A stretch of DNA of 60,658 nt, counting the filler. It is 4 parts of 4 records of this genome, joined end to end, with 100 filler letters (N's around TTAATTAATTAA, not from the genome) between each part and the next. Parts side by side here need not be neighbours in the genome. Positions count along the whole stretch, not along the records: positions 1 to 14,175 come from DRR723986_628; positions 14,276 to 39,174 come from DRR723986_629; 2 more parts are not named here. One strand, 5' to 3'. The notes under the pieces are model-generated. The model was given only the letters and a program-made list of their open reading frames with translations. It was not told the DNA's origin and searched no databases. Positions 10,478-18,328 of this stretch are shown piece by piece. The stretch's first letter is position 1. The number at the start of each line of letters is the position of its first letter. The translations under genes were made by a program, and so were the position numbers.

Positions 10478-10504
10478 CCAGAATTTGCAGAAAGCGGGAA
10501 GCGA

Positions 10505-11245
10505 TCAGCGGTTTTCGTCGTCTTCTTCGTCTTCGTCCTGAGTTTCGCTCTTCAACGAGTTCAGTTTGGCGAACACGGCATCGGCGTCGATTTCCTCTTC
10601 TTCCTCGCGCTGGATCGGCTTGGACGGATCGAGCGAGAAAGCAGCTGCGATAGCGTCTTCGCTTGTGCTGTCTTCGACGGACATCAGGGTCTCGTTCACT
10701 TCGCCCGCCATCGGCAGCGGAGCATTCTTCGCAGCCTTTTCGACTTCCATGTCCAGTTCAAGCTGGCTGCACAGGCCCAGGGTAACCGGGTCGGACGGCG
10801 TCAGGTTGGCAGAGTTCCAGTGGGTCCGGTCGCGGATTGCGGCAATGGTCGGCTTGGTGGTGCCGACAAGGCGCATGATCTGCGCATCCTTCAGTTCCGG
10901 ATGGTTGCGCACCAGCCACAGGATCGCATTCGGACGGTCCTGACGACGGGACACCGGCGTGTAACGCGGTCCCTTGCGCTTGGATTCAGGCACGACCACC
11001 TTCGAACCCTGAAGCTTCAGCTGATAGTTCGGATCTCTCTGAGCCTTTTCGACTTCTTCACGGGAGAGCTGGCCGGTCAGGATCGGATCAAGGCCCTTGA
11101 TCCCCTGTGCGGCTTCGCCATCGGCAATTGCCTTCACTTCAAGCGGGTGCAGTTTGCAGAAGGAGGCGATCTGAGTGAAACTCAGCGCGGTATTGTCCAC
11201 GAGCCAGACGGCGGTTGCCTTCGGCATAAGCGGCGTGTTCGCCAT
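10505..11245 (-). CDS. trcR: DUF1013 family cell-cycle transcription regulator TrcR
   Basis: PLMPKATAVWLVDNTALSFTQIA, GPRYTPVSRRQDRP and LGLCSQ motifs; acidic tail. Confidence 0.88.
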   Translation of the reverse strand: MANTPLMPKATAVWLVDNTALSFTQIASFCKLHPLEVKAIADGEAAQGIKGLDPILTGQLSREEVEKAQRDPNYQLKLQGSKVVVPESKRKGPRYTPVSRRQDRPNAILWLVRNHPELKDAQIMRLVGTTKPTIAAIRDRTHWNSANLTPSDPVTLGLCSQLELDMEVEKAAKNAPLPMAGEVNETLMSVEDSTSEDAIAAAFSLDPSKPIQREEEEEIDADAVFAKLNSLKSETQDEDEEDDENR

Positions 11246-11400
11246 CAGATAAATTCCTCTCGTCTGCTCCCTCGCCCGGCAGGGCGAAAAAGCGGTGTTC
11301 CTTGATCAGTTTCCTGGAAAGTGGCCGGAATATATGTCGAAAAACACGGAAACGCAAATACTCGCGTAACAATCGCGCAGTTGCAGGTTTCCATCCGGCA

Positions 11401-12405
11401 TCAGACATCCACCGTCAGGACGATTTTTCCAATATGGCCAGAGCCTTCCATTCGCCGATGGGCTTCCGCGGCCTCGGCCAAAGGGTAGGTGGAATCCATC
11501 ACGGGCGCGACTTTGCCCGATTCGAGCAGCGGCCAGACCTTCTCTTTCAGGCTTTCGGCAATTGCCGTCTTGAACGCATCGCTGCGTGGACGCAGCGTCG
11601 ACCCCGTATGCGTCAGACGCTTGACCATCAGGCGAGAGAAATTGACGTTCTCCGCAATGCCGTTCAGCGTCGCGATCTGGCAAATACGTCCTTCGACCGC
11701 CGCCGCTTTCCAGTTCCGTTCAACATAGTCACCACCGACCATGTCCAGGATCACGTCCACCCCTTCGCCGCCCGTGATCTCCAGGATCACCTTTTCGAAC
11801 TCCGCTTCACGGTAGTTGATGGCGTGGTCCGCGCCGAGCTTTTTCACCGCCTCGGCCTTTTCCGCAGATCCGACGGTGGTGAAGACTTCGGCGCCGAAAG
11901 CCTTCGCGAACTGGATTGCCGTTGTGCCGATACCCGAAGTGCCGCCATGCACCAGGAAGCGCTCTCCGCTTTTCAGGCCGCAGCGATCGAACACATTGGT
12001 CCAGACAGTGAAGAAGGTTTCCGGAACGGCTGCGGCCTCCACCATGGAAAGCCCCTTGGGAACCGGCAGGGCATGTCCTTCCGGCACCTTGCAGTAGGTC
12101 GCATAGCCGCCACCAGGGGCGAGCGCCGTTACCTTGTCACCGATTTTGTGCCGACCTGCTCCCTCGCCCAGAGCCACCACTTCGCCAGAGACTTCTAGCC
12201 CCGGCAGGTCGGACGCGCCCTTCGGCGGCGGATAGGCCCCCTTGCGCTGCAGGACATCCGGCCGGTTGACACCGGCAGCCGCCACCTTGATCAGGATCTC
12301 ACCTTGTCCCAATTCGGGAATGGACCGCTCTTCAACGCGCAGAACCTCCGGTCCTCCGGGCTCTGAAATGGCAACGGCGGTCATGCGATCCGGCAGATTC
12401 TGCAT
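11401..12405 (-). CDS. NAD(P)H-quinone oxidoreductase (PIG3/zeta-crystallin family)
   Basis: AGVNRPD, PGLEVSG, HGGTSGIGT and HIGKIVL motifs; ATG 12405 with AGGA RBS. Confidence 0.9.
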   Translation of the reverse strand: MQNLPDRMTAVAISEPGGPEVLRVEERSIPELGQGEILIKVAAAGVNRPDVLQRKGAYPPPKGASDLPGLEVSGEVVALGEGAGRHKIGDKVTALAPGGGYATYCKVPEGHALPVPKGLSMVEAAAVPETFFTVWTNVFDRCGLKSGERFLVHGGTSGIGTTAIQFAKAFGAEVFTTVGSAEKAEAVKKLGADHAINYREAEFEKVILEITGGEGVDVILDMVGGDYVERNWKAAAVEGRICQIATLNGIAENVNFSRLMVKRLTHTGSTLRPRSDAFKTAIAESLKEKVWPLLESGKVAPVMDSTYPLAEAAEAHRRMEGSGHIGKIVLTVDV

Positions 12406-12588
12406 AGAGGCGTTTCCTTTTTGGTTCATTTTGGGACTGGCTAGGCCAACTGTGCCTGGCATATGGTAAATCGAGCGTCTGTCTATTTGCAGGAAAACAG
12501 CCCGGCGAGGCAACCCGCCCGGGCTCGGGTTAAATAACGGTCGGAAACGCGGCCGGACCCCGATCTGGGACCGCAGAGGAGGAAACCG

Positions 12589-12786
12589 ATGAACCTGTTT
12601 GATGAAGATGTCCCCAAAAAATCACCACTTGGCACGGTTACCGTAGGGGAAGAACTGTCTCGTCTTTCCGAGGCGGAGCTGCAGGAACGGATCGAAGCTC
12701 TGAAGGGTGAAATTAACCGTACCCAGAAGGAGCTTGAGCAACGCGGCACTATTCGCGATGCAGCCAACTCAATTTTCCAGAAGTGA
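12589..12786 (+). CDS. DUF1192 family small coiled-coil protein
   Basis: GEELSRLSEAELQERIEALKGEI pattern; strong GAGGAGG RBS. Confidence 0.82.
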   Translation: MNLFDEDVPKKSPLGTVTVGEELSRLSEAELQERIEALKGEINRTQKELEQRGTIRDAANSIFQK

Positions 12787-12869
12787 CCCTGTAAATTATT
12801 ACAGAACTTGAGTTTATGTCCTTTTTTGACACGCACTTACAGTAAAGCTGATAGGTAAAAATTTACTCG

Positions 12870-12885
12870 TTTACCTCTTATTAAT
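12870..12885 (+). promoter_or_regulatory. Putative CtrA box upstream of the sRNA
   Basis: TTTA-cctctta-TTAAT, two mismatches to TTAA-N7-TTAAC. Confidence 0.35.
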
Positions 12886-12906
12886 CTTTCTAAAATATAA
12901 ACATAG

Positions 12907-13001
12907 CTATCCAGTCATCTGGATGTGAGTGGCTCCTGTCCACTCTGTTTGACGCCTCCCTGTTAAAGACTCAGAGCCGCAACCAAGCGGCTCTTTTTTT
13001 T
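12907..13001 (+). ncRNA. Structured small RNA with anti-Shine-Dalgarno motifs (resembles Rhizobiales BjrC1505, recalled from memory)
   Basis: Two hairpins (ATCCAG/CTGGAT; GAGTGG-ctcctgt-CCACTC), GCCTCCC motif, terminator AGAGCCGC-aaccaa-GCGGCTCT plus T-run; AT-rich promoter upstream; 5' end approximate. Confidence 0.7.
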
Positions 13002-13034
13002 GCCAACGCCTCATAGTATCTTGTCAATGTTCTG

Positions 13035-13050
13035 GTTAATGGCCGTTTAC
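13035..13050. promoter_or_regulatory. Putative CtrA box upstream of rcdA
   Basis: GTTAA-tggccgt-TTAC, one mismatch to the reverse complement of TTAA-N7-TTAAC; rcdA is linked to the CtrA circuit. Confidence 0.55.
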
Positions 13051-13200
13051 CTGTCCGTTTGGCACGCGCTTTGCTGGATACAGGCCATGAAGACCTGCAT
13101 CGTTCCAAAAAGGAACACCTGAAACGGGATGTCATATCCCGGGACAGACAAAGAAGAGATGGCAGGAAAACCGGAAGAATAATTGAGGCTTAGCAATCCT

Positions 13201-13740
13201 ATGACGGACGACATCAAAAAAGCCGGTGACACAGGAAGCGCAGTTCATATCGCGCATCACCTTGCCAGCTCCGACAGCTTCCAGAGCCTGTTTCAGGAAG
13301 GCATGTCGCTGGTCGAGGAAACCGCAATGTACCTGGACGGCAACGGCCGCGAAGAAGCCAAGCAGCTTCCGCGTCCTGCCTCCCTCGCCTACGCGACGGA
13401 GTCCATGCGTCTGACCACCCGGCTCATGCAGCTGGCCTCCTGGCTGCTACTGCAGCGTGCGGTCAACGAGGGAGAGATGTCCCGTGAGCAGGCCGGCAGC
13501 GAGAAGAACAAGGTTCGCCTCGACAAGCTGTCCACAGCCGCAGGCGGCCCAACCTGGACTGATCTGCCGGAAACGTTGCGCGAGCTGGTTGACCGCTCTT
13601 CCCGGCTGCAGGAACGCGTCGTCCACCTCGACAAGATGCTTTACCGCAAGGACGCAGAGCAGGTCGAGGAAGCCACGAACGACAATCCGGTCGCTTCCCA
13701 GATCAACAAGCTGCACGCCGCATTCGGCAAGTTCGGCTAA
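13201..13740 (+). CDS. rcdA: RcdA (DUF1465) proteolytic adaptor, regulator of CtrA degradation
   Basis: LFQEGMSLVEETAMYLDG, YATESMRLTTRLMQLASWLL and NPVASQ..L..AF motifs. Confidence 0.9.
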   Translation: MTDDIKKAGDTGSAVHIAHHLASSDSFQSLFQEGMSLVEETAMYLDGNGREEAKQLPRPASLAYATESMRLTTRLMQLASWLLLQRAVNEGEMSREQAGSEKNKVRLDKLSTAAGGPTWTDLPETLRELVDRSSRLQERVVHLDKMLYRKDAEQVEEATNDNPVASQINKLHAAFGKFG

Positions 13741-13765
13741 GTCCGATCAACCTCTTTCGAATTCG

Positions 13766-13795
13766 AAAAGCCGCCGCAAGGCGGCTTTTTGTTTT
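13766..13795 (+). terminator. Intrinsic terminator after rcdA
   Basis: AAAAGCCGCC-gcaa-GGCGGCTTTT followed by GTTTT. Confidence 0.8.
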
Positions 13796-13831
13796 GGGTG
13801 AGCCTGCGCCGGATCCCAGTAAAGCTCCAGG

Positions 13832-14027
13832 ATGCCTCCCGAGTAGCGAAGCGTAGATCCGAAGCCTGCTCTCAACACCGAATGCCGAAGCGCCAGGGTT
13901 TGCTGATGAAGGTCAACACGCTCCAGTTTTCTGGCCAAGTCACTTGTCAGGTCTCTGGTCAGCTCTCTGGCCAGCCCTCAGGAAACGAGTAGACCCCGGA
14001 TCTCGCGGTGCTCGCCTTGGGTGACAT
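13832..14027. repeat. Degenerate REP/MITE-like element with ~40-bp imperfect terminal inverted repeats and an internal 12-bp tandem array
   Basis: Left arm atgcctcccgagtagcgaagcgtagatccgaagcctgctc aligns with the reverse complement of the right arm; four degenerate 12-mers at 13930-13977. Confidence 0.5.
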
Positions 14028-14062
14028 TGTACTTGCTGCGCTTCCTGCGGACCTCAAAACAC

Positions 14063-14090
14063 AAAAAACCCGGCCAGAGGCCGGGTTTTT
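14063..14090 (-). terminator. Intrinsic terminator of rpmE (possibly bidirectional)
   Basis: AAAAAACCCGGCC-aga-GGCCGGGTTTTT. Confidence 0.8.
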
Positions 14091-14115
14091 CGTTTGAAAC
14101 TGTCGTGGCTGAAGC

Positions 14116-14175
14116 TTAGGAGCCCAGGAAGCCAGCGAACTTGTTCTTGAAGCGGGACACGCGGCCGCCGCGGTC
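14116..14175 (-). CDS. rpmE: 50S ribosomal protein L31, C-terminal 19 aa (truncated by contig end; absent from the ORF track)
   Basis: Minus strand reads DRGGRVSRFKNKFAGFLGS*. Confidence 0.88.
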   Translation of the reverse strand, partial: DRGGRVSRFKNKFAGFLGS

Positions 14176-14275
14176 NNNNNNNNNNNNNNNNNNNNNNNNN
14201 NNNNNNNNNNNNNNNNNNNTTAATTAATTAANNNNNNNNNNNNNNNNNNNNNNNNNNNNNNNNNNNNNNNNNNNN
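14176..14275. other. Artificial contig linker
   Basis: N44-TTAATTAATTAA-N44, stops in all six frames. Confidence 0.98.
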
Positions 14276-15832
14276 ACCAATTTGGCGACAGCGAAATCTA
14301 CACAGCGTGCGCGCGAAGTTGCTCTTAGGAAAGTGCTTGGTGCCAAGCGTAAACAGCTTATTCAGCAGTTTATTGGCGAGTCTGTTTTATTGGCAACAAC
14401 CAGCCTTCTCCTCGCCGTTGTCCTTGTGGAGGCTTTATTGCCTTATTACGGCGAATTTCTCGATCGTGAACTATATTTTAACTATACGGGACCGTTTGGC
14501 CTCGCAGTGCTCGTTGTCCTTGTGGCGGTGGTTGGTTTGGTGGCAGGGCTATATCCTGCCTTCGTGCTTTCAAGTTTTCGGCCTGCGCGTGTATTGAAGG
14601 CTAATAGGTCGACGGAGGCAAAAGGGTCTTCTCGTCTGCGCAGTGGTTTGGTTGTGCTGCAGTTTGCCATTTCAATTTCATTGATCATCGCCACGGGTGT
14701 GGTGTTTGGGCAAATGGTTTATGCAAACTCCAAAGACCCTGGCTTTAATAAGGAAAACCTGCTGGTTGTTCGCAATGTGTCGCGCGACGGCGTTGTGGAA
14801 AAACAGCAAACCCTTAAAGACGAGATTTTGAGCCTGCCCGGTGTTGTATCTGCCGCCTATTCTGGTGATGCGCCTGCAAACAATAATGAAAGTAATTCAT
14901 CTGTTTCCATTCCTGGTAATCCGGAACTCGGCGATATTTTGATTGGCCGGCAACTGGTCGATGAAGATTTTTTCCCGAGCTATGAAATCCCTCTTGTTGC
15001 AGGGCGTAATTACAACCGCAACTTTGCGCAAGACGGTATCCCTGACTTCACAAATGCTGAGTCCGGTGACGTTCTTAAGGGCACGTTGATCATAAACGAA
15101 TCTGCCCTTAACCGGTTAGGGTTTGGAACGGCCGAGAATGCAATTGGGAAAACTGTTCAAATTCAAACAGGTAGTGCTGGCAGCGACGCAGTTTATGCTC
15201 AATTGGAAATCATTGGTGTCGCGGCAAACACGCACTTTAAATCGCTCCGTCAGCTCGTGCGGCCCGAGATGTATTATTATGTCAAAGGCGGTTATAGGAA
15301 TTTGACGGTGCGTTACACTGGCGACCCAACGGTTTTGCTCGCCAAGATTGGGTCTGTATGGCGTGATATTGCGGGTGATGTTCCCTTCAGCCATTCCTTC
15401 GTTGATGAAGCAATGGCGCAGCAATATCTACAGGAGCAAAACCTGGCAACGATGCTCGGCACCTTTGCATCGCTCGCTGTTTTAGTGGCGTGTATGGGGC
15501 TGTTTGGCTTGGCGGCGTTTACCGCTGAGCGCCGTACGCGTGAAATTGGCATTCGCAAGGTTATGGGCGCTCGGGTTTTTGATATTGTTCGGCTGCTGGT
15601 TTGGCAATTCTCCAAGCCGGTTATTGTCGCTAATATTATCGCATGGCCAGTAGCCGCCTGGAGCATGATGATGTGGCTTGAGAGCTTCCCATACAGATTA
15701 GAGGCGTGGGTGTTGGTACCGCTTTGCATCATTGCCGGTTCTATCGCTCTTGCAATTGCTTGGGCCACTGTTGGTGGCAACGCTGCCCGTGTGGCACGGG
15801 CCAACCCCATTAAAGCCCTGCGGTACGAATAG
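14276..15832 (+). CDS. Duplicated MacB/FtsX-type ABC permease, copy 1 (5'-truncated)
   Basis: RAREVALRKVLGA, LVVLQFAISI, ERRTREIGIRKVMGA and terminal ANPIKALRYE. Confidence 0.92.
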   Translation, partial: TNLATAKSTQRAREVALRKVLGAKRKQLIQQFIGESVLLATTSLLLAVVLVEALLPYYGEFLDRELYFNYTGPFGLAVLVVLVAVVGLVAGLYPAFVLSSFRPARVLKANRSTEAKGSSRLRSGLVVLQFAISISLIIATGVVFGQMVYANSKDPGFNKENLLVVRNVSRDGVVEKQQTLKDEILSLPGVVSAAYSGDAPANNNESNSSVSIPGNPELGDILIGRQLVDEDFFPSYEIPLVAGRNYNRNFAQDGIPDFTNAESGDVLKGTLIINESALNRLGFGTAENAIGKTVQIQTGSAGSDAVYAQLEIIGVAANTHFKSLRQLVRPEMYYYVKGGYRNLTVRYTGDPTVLLAKIGSVWRDIAGDVPFSHSFVDEAMAQQYLQEQNLATMLGTFASLAVLVACMGLFGLAAFTAERRTREIGIRKVMGARVFDIVRLLVWQFSKPVIVANIIAWPVAAWSMMMWLESFPYRLEAWVLVPLCIIAGSIALAIAWATVGGNAARVARANPIKALRYE

Positions 15833-15842
15833 GAGAAGCAGC

Positions 15843-18275
15843 ATGTTTGCAAATTATGTTAAAACCGCCTTTCGGAATTTGTTACGCCAAAAACTATTTT
15901 CTATGATCAATATTATTGGGCTGGCTATCGGGTTGGCAGCGTTCATTCTAATTCTCTTATTCGTCCGAGATGAGATGTCATGGGACCAGCATTGGGCATA
16001 CGGTGATGATACATACCGTGTGGAAACAACCATTCAGTTTCCCACGCGAGCTGACCGTCCAACACCTAATTCTGTTTCGCCGATAAAAGACCTTTTGCTT
16101 GACACATACCCTGAAGTTGAAGCGGTAACCCGCTATTTGGGCGGGGCGGCAACAGTCAATAATGCCGGTGAGTTATTCGTTGAGCCTGTCGCTTTTGCGG
16201 AACCTAATATTGTAGAATTTTTTGGCCTAAACTTTTTGCAGGGCAGCCGGGCCACAGCATTACCAGACCTCAACTCTGTAGTTCTCAGTCAGCGGATAGC
16301 GGAGAAATATTTTGGCCCAGGCCCAGCGCTTGGCAAGGTGTTACCCATTCGAGTTAGGGGCGAATATAAAGACTTTACCGTAACAGGTGTGATCGAAAAT
16401 CCTGTGCGCAGAACCCAGGTTCCGCTGGAAGTAATTTTGCAATTTAGCGATGACTATTTTGCAGGCGCGCGCTGGTTTACCGATGATTGGCGGTTTGCCA
16501 TATGGTTGACTTATGTTCGTTTCGCTGAGGGCGCAGATGTTGCCGCTGTGCAGGCAGATCTGCCAGCCCTAGTGGAGCGCCATATGCCAAAAAACGCAAC
16601 TGGACAGGAGATAAGGCCAGATTCGACCATGAAGCTTGACCTGGTGTCGATAAAAGATCTTCATTTGCATAGCAATGTTGCCAGCGGTGATGTGGGCACG
16701 CTTTATGGGTTTATTGCTATTGCGTTTCTTATTTTACTCATTGCGGTGGTAAACTTCCTGAATTTGTCGATGGCGCGCACAGCCCACCGCGCGCGTGAAG
16801 TTGCCATGCGCAAGATGGTCGGTGCAAAGCGAAGTCAGATCATTCAACAATTTCTCGGCGAGTCTTTATTACTTGTTTTAATTTCAGTTGTGGTTGCTTT
16901 GGTTATCGTTGAGCTGAGCATGCCTTATTATAATGAGTTTCTCGCATCGATCATTGAGATGAATTTGCTCGGTGAGCCAAGCCTGATTCTTGCCCTGTCC
17001 ATATTGTGCATTGGTGTGGCGTTGAGTGCAGGCAGCATGCATGCTCTTTATTTTTCACTCTTGAAACCACGAGATGTTCTCTATAGCAGCACAGGGCCGG
17101 ATGGCAGCAGCAGCAAGCTGCGGCTTGGTCTGGTTGTTGCGCAATTTTCAATTTCCGTTGCCCTGATGACGATTGCTTTTTTTGTCAACAAACAAACGGA
17201 TTATACCCGCTCGTTAGACTTGGGCTTTAATGAGCAAAACCTGATCGTGGTCTCTGGCACCAATGGTCCAAACTCAGAAGAGTTTAAGACTCGCATTCTA
17301 CAAAGCCCCTTTGTTTTGCAAGCAGGCCGGTCATCCGATGTGCCAACGGAAGGCAGCGAAGACCGGCTTGAGATACGCCCCGTATCCGGCGGCGATACAG
17401 TAACATTGGATGGTCTGCCCATCGGCCCTGACTTTTTCAGCGCCTATAAAATACCCTTGTTCGCTGGCCGTTATTTGGCCCAAAGCGAGCAGGACACGCT
17501 GCGTTTTCGCACCGATAACCCAACCTATAAAAGCGCGGCAAATATTGTGATCAATGAAGCCGGTGCGCGCTTGCTTGGTTTTGATAACCCGGCAGATGCA
17601 GTAAACCAAACCATGCGGGCCGACATCACCGAAACCGATGTTGTCGAAGCGCGCATTGTTGGTGTTGTTGAAGACTTTCATTTCGATAGCGCCCGCGATG
17701 TTATTCGACCGGGTATTTATTACATTGATCAAATGCGCCAATCAGACATGAGCATTCGCATTGATGGCCGTAACCGTGATGCGGCAATTGCCGCTATTCA
17801 GCAGGTGTGGCGTGAGGTTTTCCCCGGCAGCGTAATGAATTACCGTGATATGGCAGAAATGGTGGAACGCCAATATCAAACGGACGCTCGCTTGGGTAGC
17901 ATGCTGACGGCCTTCACTGTTCTTGCTATTAGTATTTCCTGCCTAGGGCTATACGGCTTGGCCTCTTTCACGGTGGAGCGCCGCACACGGGAAATTGGTG
18001 TGCGAAAAGTTTTGGGTGCGGGCTTGTTTGATATTGTGCGGTTGCTGCTGTGGCAATTTTCAAAACCAATATTGCTCGCAAACCTGATCGCTTGGCCGGT
18101 TGCCTTCTATTTCATAAGCGATTGGTTAAATGGCTTCGCTTACAGAGTTGAATTAGACCCCATACCCTTCGTGCTGACGGGTGTTGCCGCGCTTACCATT
18201 GGCTGGGCCACGGTTGCGGGCCATGCATTTCTTGTGGCACGCGCTAACCCTATTAAAGCCCTGCGGTATGAATAA
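15843..18275 (+). CDS. Duplicated MacB/FtsX-type ABC permease, copy 2
   Basis: MFANYVKTAFRNL start (ATG 15843, AGGAG RBS), two periplasmic/FtsX modules, ANPIKALRYE end. Confidence 0.92.
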   Translation: MFANYVKTAFRNLLRQKLFSMINIIGLAIGLAAFILILLFVRDEMSWDQHWAYGDDTYRVETTIQFPTRADRPTPNSVSPIKDLLLDTYPEVEAVTRYLGGAATVNNAGELFVEPVAFAEPNIVEFFGLNFLQGSRATALPDLNSVVLSQRIAEKYFGPGPALGKVLPIRVRGEYKDFTVTGVIENPVRRTQVPLEVILQFSDDYFAGARWFTDDWRFAIWLTYVRFAEGADVAAVQADLPALVERHMPKNATGQEIRPDSTMKLDLVSIKDLHLHSNVASGDVGTLYGFIAIAFLILLIAVVNFLNLSMARTAHRAREVAMRKMVGAKRSQIIQQFLGESLLLVLISVVVALVIVELSMPYYNEFLASIIEMNLLGEPSLILALSILCIGVALSAGSMHALYFSLLKPRDVLYSSTGPDGSSSKLRLGLVVAQFSISVALMTIAFFVNKQTDYTRSLDLGFNEQNLIVVSGTNGPNSEEFKTRILQSPFVLQAGRSSDVPTEGSEDRLEIRPVSGGDTVTLDGLPIGPDFFSAYKIPLFAGRYLAQSEQDTLRFRTDNPTYKSAANIVINEAGARLLGFDNPADAVNQTMRADITETDVVEARIVGVVEDFHFDSARDVIRPGIYYIDQMRQSDMSIRIDGRNRDAAIAAIQQVWREVFPGSVMNYRDMAEMVERQYQTDARLGSMLTAFTVLAISISCLGLYGLASFTVERRTREIGVRKVLGAGLFDIVRLLLWQFSKPILLANLIAWPVAFYFISDWLNGFAYRVELDPIPFVLTGVAALTIGWATVAGHAFLVARANPIKALRYE

Positions 18276-18328
18276 AAAAACTCTTAATAGCTGAAAATAT
18301 AAAAACGGCAGAATGAGGAAATCAAACC

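Noticed and set aside
8525..10653. Long plus-strand ORFs (284 aa and 446 aa)
   Set aside because: Antisense shadows of the TRAP/TAXI genes in GC-rich DNA, with no recognisable motifs
13789..13992. 67-aa ORF with QxSG repeats
   Set aside because: Arises from the 12-bp tandem array inside the REP-like element, starts within a terminator and has no RBS
14220..14231. TTAATTAATTAA as a CtrA site or biological repeat (also in the other two linkers)
   Set aside because: Embedded in N-runs with identical layout; an artificial six-frame stop linker
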